From Nemertoderma westbladi (Eukaryota > Animalia > Xenacoelomorpha): a stretch of DNA of 62,439 nt. The translations under genes and the position numbers were made by a program. Of this stretch, positions 51,401 to 62,439 are shown one piece after another. Under the pieces are notes generated by a model. The model was given only the letters and a program-made list of their open reading frames with translations, was not told the origin of the DNA and did not search any database. The stretch's first letter is position 1. The number at the start of each line of letters is the position of its first letter. The DNA is taken from the NCBI GenBank assembly GCA_032718475.1, contig JAUCBJ010003334.1:1-62439 (forward strand), written 5' to 3'.

Positions 51401-51725
51401 CCGCTTGTTCTTCCCGATGTTCGCGTTGCTGCTCTTCCAAACGGCGGTTCGCGTTTTCCTGTTGCTGCGCCATGAGTTCCAGGAGTTGCGCCATGCTGGG
51501 TTGGCCACCGGTAGCCGCGTCGGTTTCCTCGAAGCGGGCGGGTGTATCGGCGATCCGAGCGTTGAGTTTCTTGCGAAGCGTTGCATCGGATGTTTTCGAT
51601 GTCGTTGGGATACTGGCGTCAGCGCAATACTGAATCAGTTTTGAACGATCCAACGACGCGACCTCGGCGGGTGAGAGGTCCGACCAGCAAGGTTCCTCAG
51701 CGGAAGAAGCATCGGAATCCGCCAT
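48420..51725 (-). CDS. gag-pol: Gypsy (Mag-like) single-ORF Gag-PR-RT-RNase H, truncated before integrase
   Basis: Two CCHC knuckles, LPDSGA, DAAHGYWQ, IVDD, TDAS/ELE/TDH, DSLSR; frame then runs into unrelated sequence. Confidence 0.92.
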   Translation of the reverse strand: MADSDASSAEEPCWSDLSPAEVASLDRSKLIQYCADASIPTTSKTSDATLRKKLNARIADTPARFEETDAATGGQPSMAQLLELMAQQQENANRRLEEQQREHREEQAAANRRLADILAHLGRPHFADNPIGQPDPPQAAPTRRRTIDIGNLDRIDTSVELSAFRRWRDSWDSNLRRQSAETFPRSEQVYTLLTALGSGLHDVVRYTLELDPDNGEVDAATILDGLQQHLRGKRSIALDCMQFHRRRQGATETFDDFYRSLKHLAELAELCAECRDNQIVTQILVGLYCTETQQELLKLLPRPSLEETRTICQNWESSAKNTQVLGSSRSVSKISQYKQRGGRSPMRQGAPTPPSTGSQHPWRSSSTGPGNNRAHTCGNCGQVKHSDKSACPAREVNCSGCGKKGHFRKVCRSSGSSKKPSSTNTVLYRDSINRLEYRAAVCKLDYLAVTLTNSTTGIRLGMIKRALPDSGAAATLLNENLFHQLGGVGRDLLPSSSMDLVAADGLPIQTRGRLPAVISSGQNSATTEIVISPETQGLILSKSVCMDLGILPSSFPQPAAVLPISSATVRETKSATPTGADSAPSARDLLNSFGDVFDDEATPLPTIPGTAMHIVLKEGATPYHVKGARPIAIALRDEVKTLLDDLERRDIIERVEEPTDWAHPLTVTRKPSGKLRLCVDLRGLNSQVKRPYYPTPNPRLKIAEISRTAKYFSVFDAAHGYWQVPLDPESQLLTTFVTPWGRYKHTRSVMGLISSGDEFNRRGDAALEGLPRMIKIVDDVLLYDDTLEEHLVSIHRFLERCREKGICLHPGKVQLAQSQVKFGGYLVRTDGIHADPAKLSAIASFPRPETLTDLRSFIGLVEQLAPFSSEISEMLLPLRPLLSVKSPYIWTTDHNRAFDAAKAALTTPLVLAPFDVSADTKLVTDASRLNGLGYALLQRHGTEWRLIECGSRFITPTESRYTTIELELLAVVWAIQKYRNFVLGLPTFSLVTDHQPLVTILDCKSFLEVENARIQRLKSKLAPYQFTTSWCKGKSHAIPDSLSRSPVDQPTPDDLVDDGETAYCLHSITIAVAVIPDTMGENADAGGGTFQTTQSRPVTGY

Positions 51726-51763
51726 CGTATTGGGAGCTTAGTTCTGAAGTTCAGTACTGAAGG

Positions 51764-51778
51764 CCACTCGCAGCGCCA
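51764..51778 (-). promoter_or_regulatory. Primer-binding site, tRNA-Ser-like
   Basis: TGGCGCTGCGAGTGG directly after the LTR on the minus strand. Confidence 0.65.
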
Positions 51779-52029
51779 TGTGATGTTCTTAGTTCTTGAT
51801 ATAATAAGATATAACATACAGAAACGTATAGAACAGAATAGACCGATATATAATAATATGCCTAGCGACTTCAGTACTGTGTGGTATCTTGACTGAGCAG
51901 TTGCACCTGCTTTTATATAAAAAGCCCCAACAGAATGGAACGTATATATATCTATCCAATCACCATGAACTACTGTCCAGCAGTGTATATGGGGCGAGCC
52001 ATATAATAATACGTATGTATGTCATTACA
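51779..52029 (-). repeat. 5' LTR of the minus-strand Gypsy element
   Basis: Minus strand TGTAATG...CATCACA, abuts the PBS; contains TATA-like tracts. Confidence 0.75.
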
Positions 52030-52246
52030 GTAAAGATAAAATATTTTAGAAAATTTTACATATAATAATATTTAACAAGTTAAATTGAAGTTTAAAAACG
52101 AAAAAGACTTTCATTGCATTGTGACATCCTGACACCAGTAAATAAGACAAAACATTTTAGAAAAAACTGCAAACTAAATCAATTAAGCACAAATTTTGCA
52201 AAATCAACGTTTAAGTCACAGTAGTCACCAATTTTCGCCTCCAATA

Positions 52247-52667
52247 TACCGTATATATGTATCAAGTCACCCCATTTTGAGACACACTTTCAAAAAACGG
52301 GCACTCCACCCCCAATTCATATGAAAATTTGAAAATTTTTTTAGGATCATAATATTCAAACTCATCTATTAGCATCTGTAAAAATAATTTTTGAACAACA
52401 TTAACCCAAAGTGTCAAAAATTCGACCTATATTTTGACATTGAAAAAAAGTGAATTTTTGAACAATGCATTCTTGGTTCTAGTGATCACAAATGCGAAGC
52501 AATGACAAAATTTATTTTACTATTTGATAGACAATTTATTCAGACATCTTCTAATATTTCAATTTTTATCATAACATCACCCAATCACCCACAATCCGTT
52601 AAAGAAAAAAAGTATAACTTGCTGTATCAAGTCACCTCAATGTATCAAGTCACCCCGAATTACGGTA
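52247..52667. mobile_element. Tc1/mariner/pogo-type MITE remnant
   Basis: TACCGTA...TACGGTA ends and repeated TGTATCAAGTCACC motifs. Confidence 0.45.
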
Positions 52668-53544
52668 TTTTAAAATAATTAGCCGAAAATGTAACTTTCA
52701 AATTTTGTGAAAATTGTGCACTACTCGTAATTTTGGTGCTGCAATATAACCACCCCAGTACATTTTTTCCAATTTTTTTTTTCGGTCGGATCCAGTACAA
52801 ACAAAAAATCAGACGTTTTCGTAAATATTTGTAGATTTTAGAGGGGGGGGGGGGGGGGGGGGGGGGGTCAATATGAGTTGGATCATTCTCTGACCATAGG
52901 CAAAGACATCAAATCTTTTTAAAACATCAATTTTTTTCGATCCGCTTTAACTCCGTCTAAATCGCTTTGTCCAAATTCGATGGGGTTTTTATTTTTCAAC
53001 TTAATTCGATGTCCTCTTTCAGCCTATCCATGTATCAAAACCCCAAACAGCGCCGTTCAAAAATTAATTTTATCTAGTTCTAGAATTTTACAAATTTCAA
53101 AAAAGTTGCAGTATTTTATTAACCCCTTTACGGAATTCGATAGCGTTTTCGATTTTTATATTAAACGCAATATCCTGAATCTCACTAGCCTAGTTTCGCG
53201 TCACCAATGCCAAGACTTCATACTTTTTGAGGAAAATTTTTCTAGAATAATTTTTAATTAATTACATTTATCGCTATTTCTTATTACTGGTTGCACATGA
53301 ATTGATGGAGTTTTCAATTTATTAACTAAACACGATATCACGCATCGCACCAGCATGGTTTCAAAATTCCAAAACGAGGTCTTCACTATTTGCAGGTCGA
53401 TTTTGTTCTAGAATTGAGCAACTAATAATAGATCGAATTTCTTAATAATTATTGTATGAAATATGATTGTATTTTTACATAATTATTAGTTCTATACTAA
53501 TTCTCGTTGTCTCTTTTATTTAAAATAAAAAGTCGGTTCCTTAT

Positions 53545-53567
53545 CGGGCCGCTAGGCCCGTCACTAG
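53545..53567 (+). mobile_element. Helitron-like 3' terminus
   Basis: CGGGCC-GCTA-GGCCCG hairpin followed by CTAG|T. Confidence 0.55.
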
Positions 53568-53949
53568 TAAAAGATTATCAATAATTGTAAAACTAAAAAA
53601 CTATTACTATTATTAAACTATTATATTATTGTAAACGCCAAAAGCTATCATAAGATACATTTAATTATCGCCAGCCGATCGCCTCAATGGTTGGATAGCC
53701 CACTTTGAAAAACTCCTAAATAATGACATTATATCGCCGGATAAACTCTATAGAACAGCGATATGTGGTACTGTAGGCCTAATCAGAATGGGTTCCTAAA
53801 GTGTTTGGACCATTGAGTTCATTCTGGCGCTTAGAAGGATAATTGAAAAGGTATAAAAAAAATAGAGACGGATATCTAGCTGTTATCTTCTGTAGGCCTT
53901 CGTTTCAGTCTCTCAATCACATTGTATCCCGTTGTATCTTTACCGACAA

Positions 53950-54310
53950 TCTTCTAACTATAGTAGGTGTAAAACCGCAACTACCGCCAGATCTCTGTCA
54001 CGGGTTCCTGCTGTGGGGAAATCCCGATCGAGGGTTTGACTTGGATAACTGGAATAGTTCAGGAAATAAATGTTTAAATGGTCTACGCAAGCTTGAGACT
54101 TGTACAGAGCCACCTCTACTTCGCAGGACATTACTTTCGCTATGATGACCGGCCTCTGCACAATCTTGTTTGTTCTTTGGCAGCCACATGTAGAAAATAA
54201 GCATGGTGGACAGCCCATTAATTTCTTGAGACGCATCTTAAAGGACACTGGCCTTGAAGATGCGATAATGTGGCGGCGCATTTTTATCGATAAGCCGGCA
54301 TAGCTATCTT
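53950..54310 (+). pseudogene. Decayed RTE-type LINE 3' fragment
   Basis: VLWQPH..KHGGQP..F...ILKDTGL resembles the RTE ORF C-terminus. Confidence 0.5.
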
Positions 54311-55239
54311 AATGTAAGCTACATTGCAGAATGAATTACATTGTGACTTGCATTGTGACAGCACAAATCTATCGTTAAGCCATCATATCAATCTCAATGT
54401 GCAACTGTAATACGGCAGGCCGATTATAGCAGTAATAGTAGAAATTTGATCGAAATCGTTATTGCGCTTCCTGGGATTGCTTAGCAAGAGCCACGCATCC
54501 AGCCAGTCAGACAGTCAGCGAGCAATTGTTAGAGTAAGTAAGCTTTCGGTTCTTAACTAGATCAGATACAGAAATTTAACAGAGACTGAGGAGACAGAGG
54601 AAGTACCTCATCCTCACGCGATGAGTTAACTACTTTTTTTAAATCACAGTAATTATATATAGGGGCATACTGTAGATGGTATGTATGGTAGTACTACTAC
54701 TGTAAGGTATCCGTTATAAAGCATTCTATTTTATACATACAAAAATAATTATACTACAGTATAATGGGTTTTGAAGTTCTACAGACAACATCTGCGAAAA
54801 TCAACGAAGTTAATAAATGTTATTAAAAAATTATTTAAAAATACACGCAGTGTAGTACGCCCTACGCCTACACATCATGTATTATTAAATATTTTTACAT
54901 AATTCTGCACTACTGTATTTAATGACTCATCAGTGAAAAAATTTATGCAATTCTCGTGTTATTTGGGGACAATTACTTTCGACGCGCTAGACATACCGGT
55001 ATTATTTCTGGGGTTCTATCTATGAGAAATAACTGGCCCACTAAATTTAGGGTTTTACAGCAGCTTGGCGGGTCGTAATCTATAGTAGGTCATGTTAATA
55101 TATTAAATCCGGCCCGATATCGAAAAATGATATCCGATGCCCGCCTAACAGCCCTCAGTAATCTGATTCCTCAAAAACATGGGCCTCATACCTGTCGCTC
55201 AGCAGTGTGAAGCTGGATCTTGGGCTGTTGCTATAGAGA

Positions 55240-55930
55240 GGAGCAATCATGTCTTGGCAACGTAGGTTTCTTAGTTCCGCTAGTTCAAAGACAAAATCAC
55301 AGAACACTGCGTATTCCCGGTATACTTCCTTCACAGAGAGAGGCTGTTAAGACACCAGCTGTAGAAACAGCTACTTGAGATCGTGGATCCAGACTTTCGG
55401 AAACCAATGGAGCACCTCCAATGCTACCGTATATAGTTTCTGGTTGGAGATAAGTGCGTTGTACTTGACTCAGTGAACTCAGAGTAGCATTCTTGCGTAT
55501 GTGCCATCCAGATCTCAGTAGTTAGAGCCCAGCATGGACTCTCATAAAGGAGTACTGGTTCTACTGCTGTCCTAAATAATCGAACCTTTAAGTTTCCGAC
55601 GTATTCTATGCGACTTCCAAATCCTGGACAGCCAATTCAATGCTGCCCATGCCATTCCCTTACGTATTCGATGGGTGTACAGTACATGCTGGGCTCTAAC
55701 TGTTGAGGAAATCAAATCTCTTGAAAGCACATATACAAGAACGCTACACATGTTCAGTGGTCAAGTACAATGAATACATCTCCAACCAGACATTATACAA
55801 TATTTGAGGTGTCTCGATTGCTCCCCCAAACATGACAAATGAACAGGGTCGCTCCCCCTTTGCATGACATTGCTTTTGCCCACCAACCACAACCAGGAAC
55901 AGCTTGTGCTTTGGCGCATGACATTAAATG
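55240..55930. pseudogene. Two decayed RTE-type LINE fragments in inverted (head-to-head) orientation
   Basis: CATGCTGGGCTCTAACT..GCACAT..ATCTCCAACCAGA on both strands; W.LT..LDGTY.RML-like remnants. Confidence 0.55.
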
Positions 55931-56191
55931 ACATCTACAGTTTAGGCCTATATCAATTATACTGCTTAGAAGTTTTAGTTATTTAAAACTTACCATAGAG
56001 GAAACTTAACGGTAGTAAGAAAAGTAACTTTAGAGAAATACAATTAATTACCAGATCAGAAACAAAAAATCTTTATTATAAACCAGACTTTCTGGTAGAT
56101 AAACTTCTTCACCATTTCAAATTAAAATGTCACATGAGTAGGCGTTCTCTCAAACAAACAGTATAAAGCTGCTTTATTTGGCGGGTAGGCC

Positions 56192-56239
56192 TATCTACTA
56201 CGGTACAACATAAATGTTTATGTTGTACTGTAGTAGATA
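56192..56239. repeat. 23-bp inverted repeat (1 mismatch, 2-nt spacer)
   Basis: TATCTACTACGGTACAACATAAA-TG-TTTATGTTGTACTGTAGTAGATA. Confidence 0.85.
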
Positions 56240-56559
56240 CAGTACCTGTCGGTGTCAAAATATCATTTCCAAAAAATTACAAACAATAAAATAAGGGAGA
56301 AGGAAAACAGTGAGACATCCTCGTAAACACAACCTATACTTTAGTAGGTACTTTTAGATCGTTGCAAAGAATCAACTCAATGAACTAACAACTAAAAGAA
56401 CAACTAAAATGGACCAAAATTTGCAAACAAGCGAAACAACGAAATGAGAGAAGGGTTTCATTTTCAAAGGGTTCGCCCGCTATCAGTATACTGTAGACCT
56501 GAGTACTGTAAACTGGTCAGCGTCCTTCCCATATATGCAGCCTAGCTAGTTTTTGCTAT

Positions 56560-57228
56560 TTTTTTTACTCTCGTTATTTTTACTCTCGATATTTTTACTC
56601 TTGATATTTTTATTCTCGATATTTTTACTCTCGATATTTTTACTCTCGATATTTTTACTCTCGATATTTTTACTCTCGATATTTTTACTCTCGATATTTT
56701 TACTCTCGATATTTTTACTCTCGATATTTTTACTCTCGATATTTTTACTCTCGATATTTTTACTCTCGATGTTTTTACTCTCGATATTATTACTCTTGAT
56801 ATTATTACTCTCGTTATTTTTACTCTCGATGTTTTTACTGTCAATATTTTTACTCTTGATATTTTTACTCTCGATATTTTTACTCTCGATATTTTTACTC
56901 TCGATATTTTTACACTCGATATTATTACTCTTGATATTATTACTCTCGTTATTTTTACTGTCGATATTTTTACTCTCGATATTTTTACTGTCGATATTTT
57001 TACTCTCGATATTTTTACTCTTGATATTATTACTCTCGTTATTTTTACTCTCGTTATTTTTACTCTCGATGTTTTTACTCTCGATATTATTACTCTCGAT
57101 ATTTTTACTCTCGATATTTTTACTCTCGATATTTTTACTCGCGTTATTTTTACTCGCAATATTTTTACTCGCAATATTTTTACTCGCGATATTTTCACTC
57201 TCGATATTTGTCATGTCTCGATATTTTT
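56560..57228. repeat. 15-bp minisatellite (TTTTTACTCTCGATA)n, about 44 units
   Basis: Directly visible; produces spurious ORFs in several frames. Confidence 0.97.
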
Positions 57229-57569
57229 CAAAATAACCTATACACTATCTTATATAATATATTGACGTACACCCAGGAATGGACAGGAGTAGCCAGAATG
57301 ATGGTATGATGACCTCATTCATTGATTTGAATTGGATTCAAATAGATCAGTGCTACTTTAGCAACTTGCAGGGGTGGAGTAGTCGTACTTTTGCGCTATT
57401 ATAGTGGTAGAGATACAATTGCGACGTTTATATCGTCATGTAGAGTACCGGTACCTTTTAATAATCACTTGTCATTTTTTAGTCACATGATATTAGTAGC
57501 CTATATTGTTTAAAAAATGCGCTGTGTGGTTGCAACGTTGGAGATTAATAATTCTGGATATGTACAGTA

Positions 57570-57640
57570 TTAGCCCAACCCTGGCTTTCATCCTTCAGTG
57601 GTCGATAAATAGGAACCAAAGCAACTTGGGAAACAGAGTG
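57570..57640 (+). mobile_element. SINE central-domain remnant
   Basis: GCTTTCATCCTTCAGTGGTCGATAAATAGGAACC resembles a conserved core of metazoan tRNA-derived SINEs. Confidence 0.45.
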
Positions 57641-57855
57641 GAAGGGTTTACTGTGGAAGATCACCCATGATGATGAACAGGCATTCCTTGGCTTAACGAG
57701 CCCAAAAGATTCTCCTATTCAATGTACAGTATTGCAAAATGTTCGAATGTGTTCTTTTAAATCAGTTCTCATATTCACTTCATACTTAAGAGACAAAATT
57801 ATACCATACAACATAAATAAATATTAGAAAGTTCCGTCACAAACACAAGTTAGAT

Positions 57856-58497
57856 TTAAAAAGTTATACAACATCGACCCGTATGATCAGGATTGCATCG
57901 TTTGAAACTAGCAATTACGACTTTCTCGTATACATCAACAACACCTTCACCAGTGAGAGCACTGCATTCCATGTAACTGTCAGCTCCAATCTTCTTCGCC
58001 ATTGCTTCGCCATCCTTTGTCAATACCGGGTTTCCATTGGTACGACTCAAATTTCTCAAGATTTCAGCATCTATTCGAAGATCAATCTTAGTACCCAGTA
58101 ACACAATCGGAACCCCAGGGCATCGTGTTTTTATCTCGGTAGCCCAGAAATCTTGAACTCTGTAAAAAGAAGCTGGATAAATCACTGAGAAGCAAATAAT
58201 ACATACTATCGAAGAGCACTCATCGCCGAACACATTCAGATACATATTCCTATTATATGAGCTGCAGTCGAGAAATCGTAGTAGATAAGGAAAGCCGCCA
58301 CTTACAGAAGAAAATTCTGTTGTACTCTCCGAACTATAATCTCCTTTGTAAGATGGCATCGATTCCGATGGTTTTGCACTCAGCATAGGGTTTCGTTTGT
58401 TTGGAATCACCCCATACGGACCATTTGTACTATAATTTATGAAAAAAGTCTTCCCAACGTAGGGGTCTCCAACTACAATGCATTTAATAATATACAT
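57856..58497 (-). CDS. Atypical Rho-family small GTPase-like protein, intronless CDS, CaaX terminus
   Basis: IKCIVVGDPYVGKT P-loop, ICFSV..P.SF..V...W..EI...CPGVPIVLLGTKIDLR, Rho insert, YMECSALT, CCITF end. Confidence 0.9.
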   Translation of the reverse strand: MYIIKCIVVGDPYVGKTFFINYSTNGPYGVIPNKRNPMLSAKPSESMPSYKGDYSSESTTEFSSVSGGFPYLLRFLDCSSYNRNMYLNVFGDECSSIVCIICFSVIYPASFYRVQDFWATEIKTRCPGVPIVLLGTKIDLRIDAEILRNLSRTNGNPVLTKDGEAMAKKIGADSYMECSALTGEGVVDVYEKVVIASFKRCNPDHTGRCCITF

Positions 58498-59409
58498 TTC
58501 TTTTCCTGACAGTTTTCCAGCTTATTGTACCTTCTGTTAATTTAGCTTAAAATATAAATATCGCATGGCCTAAATTATTGACTTAATTAAGAAAGCATTG
58601 TGCTATACCAATGACCATGAAGAAGGAGAGTATAGTGGAAGTGGGCAGTAGTCCTCACTAATCAAATTATGCAGTATGCTATAATTTTTTATCTTCTACT
58701 CCACTCATATATCACTGAATTCTTAGTAATCGCAGAGGTCACTAAAATGTTCATAATCGCGAATCTTATCAAACTATTTCAAATCAAACAAATTCTCACT
58801 AAAAGTCTCCCAAATACTGTCCGGTTTTGGTTCAGTGCCTTTGAGCCTTGTATTGGGAATAGGGTTGGTGCGCGAAACAATCGAATAAGGGGTAACAAGG
58901 AGCTCTGAATCGAGTGGCGGTGTTTGTTTTTTGTAAAAACACGAGGAAATGGAGGAAATGGCGGGTTTAAGTAAGCGCGGGAGGCCAATTTTGAAAATGG
59001 GTTGTGATTGGCTGCTACATATTTGACGTCATTACGCAGTGCTCTGATAATTTTTTATTTTTTTTATTTTTATTTTTTTTATGATAGAGGTTTTCGATCG
59101 ATTTAAATACATATTAAATATCAATCATTTCACACGTGGCTTATATTAATTGAAAGCAGAGAGTCTTGCGCGTCTTTTGGCACTACAATTAATGAAATTA
59201 ATGGCGATATACCCTAATGTTGTTTCCACTTTCCCTTTCCAGCAGTATTTCCAGCAGCAATACTGCATTCCAAGCTGTTTGAGTATGGTGTGACGGTAAG
59301 GCCTATACAGATTATTAGATTTAAAATAACATTAAACTTTTAATATTTATAATACCGGTATTATTATTATTATACCGGTCAGCCGCGTACAGTAATTATG
59401 GCAGTAGTG

Positions 59410-60295
59410 CGGAGCCCCTAAAGGGACATGAGAAAATTTTTTTTTTTTTTTCGCTAACTCGTGCGAACGACTTAGTATGTCGTGCGAACGACTAACTAAG
59501 TCGTGCGAGCGACTTAGTATGTCGTGCGAACGACTAACTAAGTCGTGCGAACGACTTAACTAACTCGTGCGAACGACTTACTAACTCGTGCGAACGACTT
59601 ACTAAGTCGTGCGAACGACATACTAAGTCGTGTGAACGACTTAACTAACGCGTGCGAATGAACGACTTAATAACTCGTGCTAACGACTTACTAAGTCGTG
59701 CGAACGACATAGTAAGCCGTGCGAACGACTTAACGCCTTTAACGACTGAACGCGCTCTGTTAATATCGACGTACTTTAACTTAGGCCGACAATACAACCG
59801 ACATATTGTAGCAAATTATAATATCTTTAACATATTAATTTTACTTTAACTTATTCAGTAAATAGTTGTATTATCTACGGTCAGCGCTGCTAGATAAACT
59901 GATTATAGTGTCAGGTGTTGTTGCTGTGTTGATGAACAACATTCCCATCTCACCATTGTATCAAACCATTGTTTTGGGGGGAGGTGAGATAGGTCCTACT
60001 ATTTAGAGTATTGTAGAATATTGTGACTCCGCTACAAAATTGTGACTCCACCACAATATTCGATTTAAATAAAGTACGTACCCGTATTTCACTTTCAGGC
60101 TCTCGTTTCATATTTCACTCAGTCGCTTACTCTCGTTCTTAATAAAATTAATTCGAAAAAGTAATGCGTAACATCCCTAATCAAACCAGTGGGTGCATTG
60201 ATGGATATTCCCGGAAAATGATTTGGTTGAACGTGTATAACGTAATATTAGTATGTCGTTCGCACGACTTACTAAGTCGTTCGCACGACATGTCT
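59410..60295. mobile_element. Foldback-type non-autonomous DNA element with ~20-bp subterminal repeats
   Basis: CGGAGCCCCTAAAGGGACATG left end, (CTAAGTCGTGCGAACGACTTA)n at 59455-59735, inverted copies at 60250-60295 ending CATGTC. Confidence 0.7.
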
Positions 60296-60352
60296 GAGAT
60301 ATGACATAAGAACTCTAAAGATTTCTGCTTACTTTATATTTATCGAGTAATA

Positions 60353-62130
60353 CAGTCCCTATCTCATGCTGAATATAATTTCTCAAACTGGGTATCATTT
60401 GCATTATTTCGTTATTGCATTATTAAGACCCGGCGAGGTTAAACTAACTCAAACTAAATACTGGCGCCATGGTTTGAGTGATTTTGACCTTCATTCTGTG
60501 CAACACTTAGCTTTCCTACCTGTACCTGATGGTTGGACTTTGGTTGAATGAGACACGGCATTGTCGTATTCCAAGTAAGTCTCAGTCTGCTACTGGAGCC
60601 CTTTAATTGCTGGGCTGCGTTACATACTATTACTGGCACTGTACTTTGTTTGAATATAGTTACTGTCCTATGTTAATTTTATTGGTGTGGTGCTTTACAA
60701 GACATGTCATTGTAAAATATTAATTAATAGGGTTATATTTAATTTAGGTACAGTAGTGGCTCATGGCCTTCTGCGCGTATTAGTTACTAATTTTACAAGG
60801 ACAATGGCAGCTTTTATAATGTCCATTATTTATTTATTTTCTAAGTTGTGTAGGAAGGGTAGGTGTTGAATGCACCTCATCCACACCCACACACCCCGAC
60901 CCCCTCCCCTTTTATATTTTAAAGTGTAGATAAGGCGCCACTAATTGAATGCCACCCCAAATTAGATGATTTCACAAACAAAAAAAAAATTTTAGCACCA
61001 AATATATTTTTTTGTAGTACCAATTTACATCCCCCAATTTTGAATATCTCACCAAAAACAATTATTCATCCCCAAAAAACAATAATTAATTCCCACAAAA
61101 ACAATTTTCCATCCCCCAAAAAACAATTATTTATCCCCGAAAACAATTATTCATCCCCCAAAAACAATTATTTTTCCCCGAAAAACATTTATTCTTCCCC
61201 CAAAAACAAAATATTCATATCCCAAAAACAATTATTCAATCTCCTTAAATTAATTACTTGTCAACCAAAAACAATTCTTCCAGCACCAAAAATTTTATGG
61301 AAAATGTAATTAGGGCCTAATCAAATTCATTCATTATTAAAAATTTCCATAAATCAAACAAAATGTTTAATATTATACCCCTTATACCCCTATACCCGAT
61401 CCCTCGGGTGAGTACAAAACAAAGACCCAATTATAAAGACCTGCATAATCTTGTAACATGTTAACTTTCGTTTATTGTTTTGGTTCCCGCAACACGCCTC
61501 TGTAACCTGCTCCTTTACTAACCAGCTCCTTTAAATGGCAATAGGACCTAACGCACTTTGGGACCTAACACTCTTTGGGTCCTAATGCGACTTTATCTCT
61601 TTGTTTTTTACAGAACAGAACTCAACTTTGGTCAGAACGTTTGTCAGAACGTCAGAACGTTTGTCAGAACGTCACCCGACGATCCCCGTAACAATAGTCT
61701 GCAACTAAGAGTCTGTTTATTTTGGTAGAATTTTTTATTATTTTGGGGGAATAAGCAATTGTTTTTGGTGTTGAAAAATTGTTTTTGGTGTTGAAAAATT
61801 TATTTTGGTGTTTGAATAATTGTATTTGGCGTGACTTTATTTTATTTGGTATTGAATCATTTTTTTGGGGTCACATTATTTCATTTGGTGTAAAATATTT
61901 TTTTTGTGAAATTTTCATCAATTTTGGTATGTCTTTAATTGGTAGCCTAAATAAAGTTCATAATTAAATTAATAAAATAATGTTGATATGTATGAGTCAA
62001 ACATATTTTATAAATGTAATCGAGAAGAAATACCTTCCGTTTGACCTAGTAAGAGTGAGTAAGAGTGAGTCACTAAGAGTGAGGTAAGAGAATAGTTTGA
62101 GAAACGGTATCTAGAATGAGATAGGGACTG
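60353..62130. mobile_element. Non-autonomous Tc1/mariner-type element
   Basis: 15-bp perfect TIRs CAGTCCCTATCTCAT/ATGAGATAGGGACTG flanked by TA on both sides. Confidence 0.75.
60931..61950. mobile_element. Nested decayed foldback element with ~21-bp AT-rich repeats in inverted arms
   Basis: (CCCCAAAAACAATTATTCAT)n left arm versus (TTGTTTTTGGTGTTGAAAAA)n right arm. Confidence 0.55.
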
Positions 62131-62439
62131 TAGTCCTTTGTTTCCAACATTGAACACAATTTATTTGTATTGTTATGAATACAACGACTGTATTGCGCAT
62201 ATCTTATTTGACAAGCATAATACTAATGGAGTAGAGTTCCCACTAGCAGCCACCCATTCAATTTCCTGTTATCTTGTTTAGAGCGAGTGGCTTACAACAA
62301 CATAATTGTAAATTGTAAACTTGGATTAACTTAACTTACTGTACAAAACATTTCCGATGCCGGATTATAACTAAAAAACTGTATATTGTAGGGTCTCTAA
62401 AAAAAAATAGAATTCCTCCTATCTATACCACCAAAAAGT

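Noticed and set aside
56542-57236. Repeat proteins (SKNIE, VKISR, LLSIF ORFs)
   Set aside because: Products of a stop-free 15-bp minisatellite open in several frames
59455-59735. CRISPR-like palindromic repeats
   Set aside because: No unique spacers; inverted copies at 60250-60295 indicate transposon subterminal repeats

Overview
AT-rich eukaryotic (most likely invertebrate animal) genomic window that is almost entirely transposable elements. It contains: an apparently intact GC-rich Ty3/Gypsy element (1-4250); LINE 3' fragments; a very large (18,586 bp), recent BEL/Pao LTR retrotransposon (9664-28249; 1159-bp near-identical LTRs, GTTTC target-site duplication); a 2.45-kb tandem duplication; decayed Gypsy pieces; a decayed second BEL/Pao element fused to the 3' end of a third LTR element; an integrase-truncated Gypsy on the minus strand; MITE, foldback and Helitron remnants; a 15-bp minisatellite; and one host-type gene, an intronless atypical Rho-family GTPase. 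Main finding: downstream of pol the large BEL/Pao carries a ~1417-codon non-env accessory reading frame (split by one in-frame TGA). It encodes a DnaQ/DEDD-type (RNase D/WRN-like) 3'-5' exonuclease-like domain, a triple CCHC-type zinc-knuckle cluster and a basic tail. A diverged homolog sits at the same pre-LTR position in the third element. Both elements also carry tandemly repeated stem-loops with compensatory base changes. Together this suggests a complex-retrovirus-like LTR retrotransposon lineage with a trans-acting RNA-binding nuclease-like protein and cis-acting structured RNA arrays. All domain and structure calls were made by eye; no searches or folding programs were run.
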